Assembly: GCA_020854065.1 (NCBI GenBank)
Contig: JADZGF010000005.1
Location: forward strand, 8,925-72,924
Reading direction: 5' to 3'
Length of the DNA stretch: 64,000 bases
From: Candidatus Nomurabacteria bacterium
GTDB lineage: Bacteria > Patescibacteriota > Minisyncoccia > Phycocordibacterales > SBAW01
Of the stretch, positions 42,873 through 51,357 are shown piece after piece (position 1 is the first letter of the stretch; every line of letters begins with the position of its first letter). Position numbers and translations under genes: made by a program. Under the pieces are notes generated by a model. It saw only the letters and a list, made by a program, of their open reading frames with translations. It searched no databases and was not told the DNA's origin.

Positions 42873-45812
42873 TTATAGCGCTTTCATAGCTTCGGTCACT
42901 AAGGAGAGTTCTCCGTTGCGGTTGCTTAATCTTCCTTTGAGCGCAACACATGCGTCGGGTTTTAGTATCTCGCGATATTCAACAAAGCTTTTCGGGAAGA
43001 CCACCGCCTCTATCGTATCGCCTTCGTCTGCCAATTTGATAAACGCCATCTGGTCACCGCCTTTGGTGAGTATAGTGCGTATGTCGCTGATCATCCCTGC
43101 AGCCACAGCGCTGGTGCCTGGTATTGCTCGTTCGCGTAGATCTTTGATGGAATGAGCTGCTCCTTTCTTGCGTGCAGCATCGAGACGTTCGCGGTGTGCA
43201 TCAAGTGGATGTCCCGAGACATAGAGTCCGAGCAACTCCTTCTCCCATGCAAGCCGCTCTTTCATTGGTGTCTCGGGTGCAGGAGGAAGGGTTAACTCCA
43301 TCACTTCATCCATGCCCATAAAGAGGGAATCGTGGCCATGATCTTCAACTGCATCGCGGTGATACTTCAACAACATCTCCATGTGAGCGTGCATAGCGCC
43401 CCGCTCGCCAAAGGAGTCGAGCGCCCCGCACATAATGAGTGCCTCAAGAGATTTCTTGTTGAGGTGCTGTGTGGTTATGCGTTTCAGAAAATCAGAGAGC
43501 GAGACAAAGGCACCTGCGTTTCGCTCAGCGATGATTTGATCTGCAATACCTCTGCCAAAGTTTTTGATTGAGTAGAGGCCGAAGCGGATAGCGCCGGATT
43601 CTGGGATGACTGTAAAGTCACCGAAGCTTTCATTGATATCAGGTGGCAAGATGGTAATGCCCATTCGTTTGCATTCATTCACCATGATAGAGACGGTATC
43701 GATGTCTCCTGCTTCTGCCGTTAACACCGCTGCCATGTACTCCACCGGGTAGTTGGCTTTCATGTATGCAGTTTGGTATGCCACACGACCATAGCTTGCG
43801 GCATGTGCTTTGTTAAACCCGTACGCGGCAAACGGTTCAATTAATTTCCAGAGTTTTTCTGCAAGTGGTTTGGAGAGTTTTCCATATTCGATAAATCCTT
43901 TGATCAGTTTTTCTTTCTCTGCGGCCATAACCTCAGGAATCTTCTTACCCATCGCTTTGCGCAACTTATCAGCTTCAAGCCAGCTATATCCGGCAAGTTT
44001 AATAGCGGTCAAAAGCACGTCGTCCTGATACACCAACACGCCGTATGAGAAGTCGAGATATTCCTTCATGCGTGGGTCGAGGTAGTGAATGAGTGCAGCG
44101 TTATGTTTGCGCTCAATATACATAGGAATGGTTTCCATTGGTCCCGGGCGGAAGAGCGCCACCATGGCGTTAATATCGTGAATGGTCGAAGGCTTCAGTT
44201 CTTTGAGGCAGCGCGTCATACCCGCACCGTTTAACTGGAATGTTCCTTCAGTCTCACCACGGGAGAGCATTTCAAATGTCTTTGTGTCCGCAACATCAAT
44301 GTTTTCGATATCAATCGTGATGCCGCGTGTCTTCTGCACCATCTTCACGGTGTGCGCCAATATGGCCAGGTTGCGGATGCCAAGGAAGTCAAACTTCAAA
44401 AGTCCCGCTTCCTCAATTGAGTACATGTCGTACTGGGTGATGACTTTTCCGCCCTTCGGGTCGAGCTGTATCGGAGAGAAGTCGGTTAACGGAGTCGGGG
44501 CGATAACCACACCGGCAGCGTGCACTCCCACGTGGCGCGCACAGCCTTCAATCTTTTTGCCGAGATCAATAATCTCGCGCACGTCACGCTCTGCTTTATA
44601 CATTTTGGCGAGTTCAGGATTTTCACTCAGCGCGCGCTCCAGAGTCATGGGAAACCCTTGCGAACCAAACGGAACTTCTTTGGCGATGCGATCTCCAAGA
44701 CCATAGGGATATCCGAGTGCACGGGCAACGTCGCGCACGACGCCGCGTGCAAGCATGGTGCCAAAAGTACCAATTTGTCCTACTTGTTCAGTCCCATAGG
44801 TTCTACGTGCGTAATCAATCATTTCGTCACGGCGATCGTCGGCGTAGTCCATGTCGATATCGGGAGCGGACGGACGTTCAGGGTTTAGGAAGCGTTCAAA
44901 GGGGAGTTTGTATTCAAGTGGGTTTACGTTGGTAATGCCTGTTACGTATGTGACGAGACTTCCGGCGACGGAACCGCGGATGGTGGTGAGGATTCCGCTT
45001 TCTCTTGCGTATCGTAAAAGATCGGCGACCACCAAGAAATATGGTGCGTATCCTTTGTCGATAATAATTTTGTACTCGTATTCAATACGCTCCCGCACTG
45101 CAGGGTCTTGGTCGAGACCACGACGCACAAGTCCATTTTCAATTAAGTTGCGTAACTCTTGGTTGTAGTTTGAACCTTCAGGGATGGGGAGATTAGGGAA
45201 CACCCACTGGCCAAGTTTCAACTCTACGTTGCACTCTGCTGCAAGGTCCACTGTTTTTTGCAGAGCCTCAGGACTAAAACGACTCCCCATATCTTCGGCA
45301 GAACGAAAATAAAAACCTTCGTCATCGTCCGTTAGGTCGCCCTCTTCAGCGGGGCCGCGATTTTCAATGGCACGGATAGTTTCCCATGCGCGACGATCTT
45401 CAGGGTTGAGATAAAATACTTCACTTAATGCAATGGAGGGATCCTTGGGGTCAACCATTAAGAGTCCCTCGCCATGCTCCTTCAGCATCTCTTGAGTAAT
45501 GGGAGTTCCTTGTGCGTCAGTTAAATGAGAAATAGAAACTAACTTAATGAGATTTTTATACCCCTCATTGTTTTTCGCATACAACAGTAACCGCTTGCCA
45601 TCACCTATGTTTGCGTCAAGTCCGATGATCGGTTTAATGCCTGCATCTTTGCACTCTTTATAAAACTCAATGGCACCATAGAGATTGTCTATGTCGGTTA
45701 GTGCAAGTGCTTCGCAACCCATCTCTTTGGCACGCGCCACGAGTTCAGGGACTTTTGGCAGAGCCTTCAGGAGTGAGTAATGCGAATGTACGTGTAAGGG
45801 GACAAACGCCAT
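42873..45812 (-). CDS. dnaE: DNA polymerase III alpha subunit (short, 979 aa)
   Basis: N-terminal PHP domain (VPLHVHSHYSLL), polymerase core motifs and colinearity with DnaE. Lacks much of the C-terminal extension of E. coli DnaE. Confidence 0.9.
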   Translation of the reverse strand: MAFVPLHVHSHYSLLKALPKVPELVARAKEMGCEALALTDIDNLYGAIEFYKECKDAGIKPIIGLDANIGDGKRLLLYAKNNEGYKNLIKLVSISHLTDAQGTPITQEMLKEHGEGLLMVDPKDPSIALSEVFYLNPEDRRAWETIRAIENRGPAEEGDLTDDDEGFYFRSAEDMGSRFSPEALQKTVDLAAECNVELKLGQWVFPNLPIPEGSNYNQELRNLIENGLVRRGLDQDPAVRERIEYEYKIIIDKGYAPYFLVVADLLRYARESGILTTIRGSVAGSLVTYVTGITNVNPLEYKLPFERFLNPERPSAPDIDMDYADDRRDEMIDYARRTYGTEQVGQIGTFGTMLARGVVRDVARALGYPYGLGDRIAKEVPFGSQGFPMTLERALSENPELAKMYKAERDVREIIDLGKKIEGCARHVGVHAAGVVIAPTPLTDFSPIQLDPKGGKVITQYDMYSIEEAGLLKFDFLGIRNLAILAHTVKMVQKTRGITIDIENIDVADTKTFEMLSRGETEGTFQLNGAGMTRCLKELKPSTIHDINAMVALFRPGPMETIPMYIERKHNAALIHYLDPRMKEYLDFSYGVLVYQDDVLLTAIKLAGYSWLEADKLRKAMGKKIPEVMAAEKEKLIKGFIEYGKLSKPLAEKLWKLIEPFAAYGFNKAHAASYGRVAYQTAYMKANYPVEYMAAVLTAEAGDIDTVSIMVNECKRMGITILPPDINESFGDFTVIPESGAIRFGLYSIKNFGRGIADQIIAERNAGAFVSLSDFLKRITTQHLNKKSLEALIMCGALDSFGERGAMHAHMEMLLKYHRDAVEDHGHDSLFMGMDEVMELTLPPAPETPMKERLAWEKELLGLYVSGHPLDAHRERLDAARKKGAAHSIKDLRERAIPGTSAVAAGMISDIRTILTKGGDQMAFIKLADEGDTIEAVVFPKSFVEYREILKPDACVALKGRLSNRNGELSLVTEAMKAL

Positions 45813-45867
45813 GGGCTCAGTATACGCTTCATGCTTCCTCTTGTACCACCACTGATATAATGGTGGT

Positions 45868-46497
45868 ATGCAGCGATGGATGATAGGGGTCGACGAGGCG
45901 GGCCGTGGCCCTCTTGCGGGCCCTGTCGCCGTTGGACTTATTGCCGCACCAGCGGATCTCGATATCCTTGAAGCATTTCCGGGGGTTGCTGATTCAAAGC
46001 GCTTAACCGCTGGTGCTCGTGAAAATATCTATGCGTTAGTTGAGATGCGAGCACGTCGTGGCGACATCAAGTTTGTTGCGCGTTTCGCATCCGCCCGCTT
46101 TATCGACCGATATGGCATTACGCGTGCTGTGGAGCGGGCAACAGTTAACGGGATGCGTCGTCTCGATATTCCGTCCAAAAGCGCTCACGTGATGCTCGAT
46201 GGATTGCTCAAAGCGCCACCGCACTATTCGCAAGAGACTATTGTGCGGGGTGATGCCGCGGTTCCACTTATCTCACTTGCATCCGTTGTCGCAAAAGTAC
46301 GACGCGATCGACTCATGCGCCGCTTAGCTGCAGAGTATCCACAGTGGGGTTTTGAAGTGCATAAGGGATATCCCACAGCGGGACACTATGCCGCGCTCAC
46401 GGAGTGGGGATTAAGCGATATTCATCGACGTAGTTTCTGCAAGAAGTTTGTCCTTGACTCGTCTCTTGATGTAGGAGTACCATTGATATCCAGGTAG
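45868..46497 (+). CDS. rnhB: ribonuclease HII
   Basis: IGVDEAGRGPLAGPV is the RNase HII N-terminal catalytic motif. 209 aa. Confidence 0.85.
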   Translation: MQRWMIGVDEAGRGPLAGPVAVGLIAAPADLDILEAFPGVADSKRLTAGARENIYALVEMRARRGDIKFVARFASARFIDRYGITRAVERATVNGMRRLDIPSKSAHVMLDGLLKAPPHYSQETIVRGDAAVPLISLASVVAKVRRDRLMRRLAAEYPQWGFEVHKGYPTAGHYAALTEWGLSDIHRRSFCKKFVLDSSLDVGVPLISR

Positions 46498-46575
46498 TTC
46501 GTTTATCCGTTTTCGACCCTTGTACGCCATGGGGACGTACGGGACATTCACCACCAGACCGAAGGGCATCGGTAC

Positions 46576-46824
46576 ATGACGTCTATTATTAGACGGAAGG
46601 CTCTCCGAGAAGAGCCAAAGACGAACTGGAAGATTCCATGCGAGCGTAACTGCCCGCATTATGAAAAAGGAGGAAGTGCGACCAAGGTCGCCTGCGGCGT
46701 GAATGGTACCTTTTGTACCCGTCCTGCGCCGGAGAAATCAAGCTTTATATCTTGTCCTGATCATCCGGACTTCAAGCCGGACCCTGCACATCGTGTTCCA
46801 ATTGCTCAGCTCCTTCGGGTCTGA
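46576..46824 (+). CDS. hypothetical small Cys-containing protein
   Basis: 82 aa ORF between rnhB and rpmF. No motif recognised. Confidence 0.25.
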   Translation: MTSIIRRKALREEPKTNWKIPCERNCPHYEKGGSATKVACGVNGTFCTRPAPEKSSFISCPDHPDFKPDPAHRVPIAQLLRV

Positions 46825-46837
46825 GCCCCCTCACCAG

Positions 46838-46871
46838 AGCCCCCGCCAACAGGTGGGGGTTCCTTATTTTA
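46838..46871 (+). terminator. putative rho-independent terminator
   Basis: CCCCGCC-AACAG-GTGGGGG hairpin followed by TTCCTTATTTT. Confidence 0.45.
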
Positions 46872-46895
46872 TAGAGATATGCTATATATAGAGCC

Positions 46896-47132
46896 ATGGT
46901 AGTCCGAATGAGACACACCCGGTCGCACACGGCTAATCGCCGTTCGCACCATGCCCTCAAGGCGCAAAAGCTCGCAACCTGCGAGTGTGGCGCTGCGCGC
47001 GTGTCTCACCGCGCTTGTGCGTCGTGCGGTCGCTACCGTGGACGTGTTGTAGTTGACCTTGCTGCAAAACAGCAGGCAAAGGCTGCAAAGCGTGCAAAGA
47101 AGGAGGGGAATAAGGCCGAGGCGCAGAAGTAA
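46896..47132 (+). CDS. rpmF: 50S ribosomal protein L32 (Zn-ribbon type)
   Basis: MVVRMRHTRSHTANRRSHHALKA (L32 N-terminal RRSH.AL signature) plus a C..C...C..C motif. Confidence 0.8.
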   Translation: MVVRMRHTRSHTANRRSHHALKAQKLATCECGAARVSHRACASCGRYRGRVVVDLAAKQQAKAAKRAKKEGNKAEAQK

Positions 47133-47180
47133 ATCTGCATTGGGCTTTGTTTCCGGTTCGCAGGTCGTTCTTTTACACAT

Positions 47181-48080
47181 ATGGCCAATAGGCATCTATC
47201 ACGCTCAGTAGTTCTCCAATCGCTCTTCGAGCGGGATGTGCGCCATTTGTCAGCCCCTGCAACCAAAGAAGCACTCGTGCGTATTGCCGGAGAGTTTGCT
47301 CCCGGTGGCTCTGACCTTTCTTTTATGGAAGGTTTGCTTGGTGGCATCATTGATCGAGAAAAAGATCTTGATCTCGTGATTGAAAAGGCTGCTCCGGAGT
47401 GGCCCATTGATCGGATTGCACCGGTTGATCGCAACGTGCTCCGTTTAGGTCTCTACGAACTTCTGTTTGCTGATCGTTCTGTGGTTCCGGCTAAGGTAGC
47501 AATCAACGAAGCGATTGAGCTTGCCAAGAGTTTTGGTGGCGATCATTCAGGTCGCTTTGTAAACGGTGTGTTGGGTGCAGTGTATAAAGAGCTGGGCGAA
47601 CCGGGTAAAGACGAGACGAGTAAGAAAAAGAAGGATGTTCCGTGGGAGGAGATGCCACAGGAGCGATTGGTGGGAGCGGTAGTCTATGCCCGCAACGGTG
47701 GTGAACTCTATCTCGCTCTGGTACACGATATCTTTGGCCATTGGACGCTCTCCAAGGGCAAGCTCGTTCCAGAGGAAACTCCCGAGGATGGCGTAGTCCG
47801 CAAGATTAAAGAGGAGATCGGACTTGATATTACGCCCATCGAACGTCTGGGAGAGAATGAGTATGTTGCCAGCGATCCCAAGGAGGGCAAAAAACGCAAA
47901 CATGTGATATTCTTCCTCGCCGAGAGTCCCTTTATGGAAGTGGCCTTGGCAAAGAAGGGTGGACTTGATGACGCCCGCTGGTTTAAGGTAAAAGACGCAA
48001 TTGACCTCAACTTTTATGAGGACATGCTTCCCATCGTTCAAAAAGGAGTCCAAAAACTCTCACAAACAATAAATACATAA
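47181..48080 (+). CDS. nusB: fusion protein: transcription antitermination factor NusB domain + NUDIX hydrolase domain
   Basis: The N-terminal roughly 140 aa carry NusB motifs (RNVLRLGLYELLF....VP.KVAINEAIELAKSFGG...GRFVNGVLG). The C-terminal roughly 150 aa carry a Nudix box GKLVPEETPEDGVVRKIKEEIGL (Gx5Ex7REUxEExGU). Confidence 0.7.
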   Translation: MANRHLSRSVVLQSLFERDVRHLSAPATKEALVRIAGEFAPGGSDLSFMEGLLGGIIDREKDLDLVIEKAAPEWPIDRIAPVDRNVLRLGLYELLFADRSVVPAKVAINEAIELAKSFGGDHSGRFVNGVLGAVYKELGEPGKDETSKKKKDVPWEEMPQERLVGAVVYARNGGELYLALVHDIFGHWTLSKGKLVPEETPEDGVVRKIKEEIGLDITPIERLGENEYVASDPKEGKKRKHVIFFLAESPFMEVALAKKGGLDDARWFKVKDAIDLNFYEDMLPIVQKGVQKLSQTINT

Positions 48081-48086
48081 AATACC

Positions 48087-48779
48087 GTGCCAAAAGATTT
48101 TTCTGCATTTGAGCGGGCAATAAATATTTCGTTTAACGAGGCTGAGCTTTTGTGTCAAGCGTTTACGCATCGCTCGTATCTCAACGAACACCGGGGCGAA
48201 GTACAAGGACACAACGAACGGTTGGAGTTTTTGGGGGATGCCGTACTTGAGTTGGTCATCACCCATTTTCTCTACAAACAGTTTCCTGAGAAGCCGGAAG
48301 GTGAACTAACGGCGTATCGCGCAGCATTGGTTAATGCCACGACGTGCGCAGAAGTTGCAAACGACATTGGTATGAACGAATATTTGCTCCTCTCTCGTGG
48401 TGAGGCGAAAGACACCGGTCGTGCACGCGGTGTACTTCTCGCGAATGCACTTGAAGCATTGGTTGGTGCAATCTATATCGATCAGGGCTACGAAGCTGCT
48501 GAACGTTTTATCAAAGAGCGTCTCGCTCCAAAACTCGACGATATTTTGAAGCAACGTTTGTGGCAGGATCCGAAGTCGGCTCTACAAGAGAAAGCACAAG
48601 AAGAGGAAGGAGTTACACCTTCATATGCCGTATTAAAGGAAGAGGGTCCAGACCACGACAAACAATTTACAGTTGGCGTCTATTTACGTGAAGAGCTTCT
48701 TGCGGAGGGTATTGGTCGCAGCAAGCAGGAGGCTGAGGCAGCGGCTGCAAAGGCAGCGCTCGGAGCGCGCGGGTGGTAA
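48087..48779 (+). CDS. rnc: ribonuclease III
   Basis: RNase III signature ERLEFLGDAVLELVI plus a C-terminal dsRBD. Conserved rnc-smc adjacency. Confidence 0.85.
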   Translation: MPKDFSAFERAINISFNEAELLCQAFTHRSYLNEHRGEVQGHNERLEFLGDAVLELVITHFLYKQFPEKPEGELTAYRAALVNATTCAEVANDIGMNEYLLLSRGEAKDTGRARGVLLANALEALVGAIYIDQGYEAAERFIKERLAPKLDDILKQRLWQDPKSALQEKAQEEEGVTPSYAVLKEEGPDHDKQFTVGVYLREELLAEGIGRSKQEAEAAAAKAALGARGW

Positions 48780-48788
48780 CATAGCAGC

Positions 48789-50918
48789 ATGCGTCTTCTT
48801 TCGATCGAGCTTTCAGGCTTTAAATCGTTTGCAAAAAAGACCACTCTCGAGTTTGGTTCTGCCATAACCTCGGTAGTGGGTCCCAATGGCTCCGGCAAAT
48901 CAAACGTTGCCGAGTCATTTCGTTTTGTCTTGGGCGAGCAGTCAATGAAATCAATGCGCGGCAAGCGCGGAGAGGACATGATTTGGAATGGTTCCGGATC
49001 TGTGCCACGCGCAGGTCGCGCGGGAGTGAAGCTTGTGTTTGATAACACTGACCGTGCACTGAATCTCGACTTTGATGAAGTAGCGATTGAGCGTGTTGTG
49101 CACCGGGACGGTAACAACGAATATCTCCTTAATGGTTCTCAGGTGCGTCTGCGCGACATTTCTGAGCTTCTTTCGCGTGCCAATATTGGCGCCTCGGGCC
49201 ACCATATTATTTCTCAGGGTGAAGCTGATCGTGCGCTTTCTGCTTCTTCACGAGAGCGCCGAGAAATGCTCGAAGATGCACTCGGCCTCACGACCTATTT
49301 GTATAAGCGCGAAGAGGCTGAGAAGAAACTGGAGAAGACTGCAGAGAACATGCGCGAGGTTGAATCTTTGCGTCGTGAACTCTCTCCGCATCTTAAGTTC
49401 TTAAACGCACAGGTTAAGAAGATTGAAGATGCACATGTGTTGCGCGAAGAACTCTTTGAGCGCTATACCGATTATCTTTCTCGCGAACATATTTATTTGC
49501 GTTTGGCACGTGCAGAACTTGGAGAGGGTAAAGAGCTTGAGGACGAACACACGACGCTCGATCACCGTATAACTCAGTTACGCAAAGAGCTTGAGAAGAA
49601 GCATGATGCAGGAAGTGATGAGTTGATGGCGCTTGAGCGTGAAGGTCGCGAGACTGCTCATGCACGTGAGGCCGCAGTTCGAGAATTAGGCGGTATTGAA
49701 GGCGAGCTACGCGCGCTTGAGCGCATGCAAGGTGATGGTCCTGCGCTTCCTGCGCGTGAAGCACGAGACTTTGCTGAATCCATCCTTAGCCTTGCGGAAG
49801 GTTCAAAGATTTCAGAACTTATTTCATTAGCCCGTTCTTTTATTCAAAAACTGTCCGTCTCGAGCGGTGTTCATTCACGTGCCGAGTTGCTTGAAAAGAA
49901 ACAAGTACTTGAGTCTCAATTGAAGGATCTTCAAGAAAAGGAAGAGCATGTTGCGGGGGAGGTGTCCGTGCTGCGCAAAAAGATAGAAGGGGAGAAGGAT
50001 GCGTCGCGCGAGGCTGAGCGTGAACTGTTTGCTGCAATGGCACGTCGCTCTGAATTGGAAGGTGCGCGTATGGCACTGCGTGCGCGTGAAGATGCGCTCA
50101 AGTTGGAAGAGGAGCGCTTTAAAGAAGAGTTGCGTGAAGCAGCAATCCTTCTTGAGCGAGTTCCCGACTATGAGCAAGAAACAATGTTTGAAGATGAGCC
50201 ACGCAGTGCGCAGGAAGAGCGTCGTCGCAAACTTGAGAGACAAAAGATCCGGCTTGAGGAGGCTGGGTTAGGAAACTCTGCTGAGATATTGAAAGAACAC
50301 CAAGAAACTACTGAGCGTGATCAGTTCCTTCTGCGAGAACTTGCAGATCTTGAGACAAGTGCACAATCGCTTCGCCTACTCATTGAGGACTTAACCGCAA
50401 CGCTTGAAGAGCGTTTTGTGGGAGGTGTTGAGAAGATTAATGCAGAGTTCGATGCGTTCTTTAAACTCATGTTTGGTGGGGGCTCAGCGTCACTGCAAGT
50501 GGTGAAAGAGACGAAGTTAAGACGCGGTGTGAGTGAAGAAGGAAGTGAGGATATGGATGTTGAGGAAGGTGTCGAAATTAGCGTTACGTTGCCGCATAAG
50601 CGTATCAAAGGACTCCATATGCTCTCGGGTGGTGAGCGTGCGCTTACTTCGATTGCGCTTATCTTTGCGATGAGTCAGGTCAACCCGCCTCCATTCCTTA
50701 TTCTCGATGAGACGGATGCAGCACTCGATGAAGCAAACTCTCGCCGCTATGGTGACATGATTGAAACGTTGGCGAAGAAGTCTCAGCTCATTTTGATCAC
50801 GCACAATCGTGAGACGATGTCTCGGGCAAGTGTCCTCTATGGTGTGACGATGGGATCTGATGGCGTTTCGAAGTTACTCTCCGTTAAGTTTGAAGAAGCG
50901 GTAGCGGTTGCAAAATAA
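48789..50918 (+). CDS. smc: SMC-like ATPase, short hingeless form (709 aa)
   Basis: N-terminal Walker A (GPNGSGKSN), a long coiled-coil, and a C-terminal ABC signature plus Walker B (LSGGERALTSIALIFAM....FLILDETDAALD). No hinge domain is recognisable. Confidence 0.65.
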   Translation: MRLLSIELSGFKSFAKKTTLEFGSAITSVVGPNGSGKSNVAESFRFVLGEQSMKSMRGKRGEDMIWNGSGSVPRAGRAGVKLVFDNTDRALNLDFDEVAIERVVHRDGNNEYLLNGSQVRLRDISELLSRANIGASGHHIISQGEADRALSASSRERREMLEDALGLTTYLYKREEAEKKLEKTAENMREVESLRRELSPHLKFLNAQVKKIEDAHVLREELFERYTDYLSREHIYLRLARAELGEGKELEDEHTTLDHRITQLRKELEKKHDAGSDELMALEREGRETAHAREAAVRELGGIEGELRALERMQGDGPALPAREARDFAESILSLAEGSKISELISLARSFIQKLSVSSGVHSRAELLEKKQVLESQLKDLQEKEEHVAGEVSVLRKKIEGEKDASREAERELFAAMARRSELEGARMALRAREDALKLEEERFKEELREAAILLERVPDYEQETMFEDEPRSAQEERRRKLERQKIRLEEAGLGNSAEILKEHQETTERDQFLLRELADLETSAQSLRLLIEDLTATLEERFVGGVEKINAEFDAFFKLMFGGGSASLQVVKETKLRRGVSEEGSEDMDVEEGVEISVTLPHKRIKGLHMLSGGERALTSIALIFAMSQVNPPPFLILDETDAALDEANSRRYGDMIETLAKKSQLILITHNRETMSRASVLYGVTMGSDGVSKLLSVKFEEAVAVAK

Positions 50919-51110
50919 GCATGCTACAGTCGAATCAGCTGCACCATTGTTGTGTTGCAGCAGAACGCACGAGGTTCCAATGCTCCAGAACGCTGTCGCT
51001 CATAGTGCAACAACGGACAGGAGGACACGGCCCAAAGTTCTTTTTCTCATCGTCGCGCTTTCTCGCGAAAGGGGGTAGTCCCGCACTACGCATCCAGTTT
51101 TGATATTCAG

Positions 51111-51142
51111 AACGCCCGGCGAGTATGCCGGGCGTTTTCTTA
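51111..51142 (+). terminator. putative rho-independent terminator after smc
   Basis: AACGCCCGGC-GAGTAT-GCCGGGCGTT hairpin followed by TTCTT. Confidence 0.6.
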
Positions 51143-51357
51143 TGCAGTTCTTATGCTTGCTTTTGTACTCCGGTTGGTGTTTAGTGAATGTGGCAAACAG
51201 GGGAGTTGTGCCAATGGATACCTACAAACGGGAGATGGAACGGGTGTTCAGTAAGCAGGGTTCGACTTATCCCGAGCCCCGGGAAGATAAGAGAGACGAA
51301 GATGCTCGGTGGGTGGTCCGCTCTCAAGCGGCCCAAAAAGAAGCGGGCGAAGGTCCC

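Noticed and set aside
50921-51110. Possible small RNA between smc and its terminator (about 190 nt non-coding with local hairpins)
   Set aside because: No match to the SRP, tmRNA or 6S hallmarks I could check by eye. It is more simply a 3' UTR ahead of the clear terminator at 51111-51142. The overlapping 60 aa ORF (50921-51103) looks spurious.
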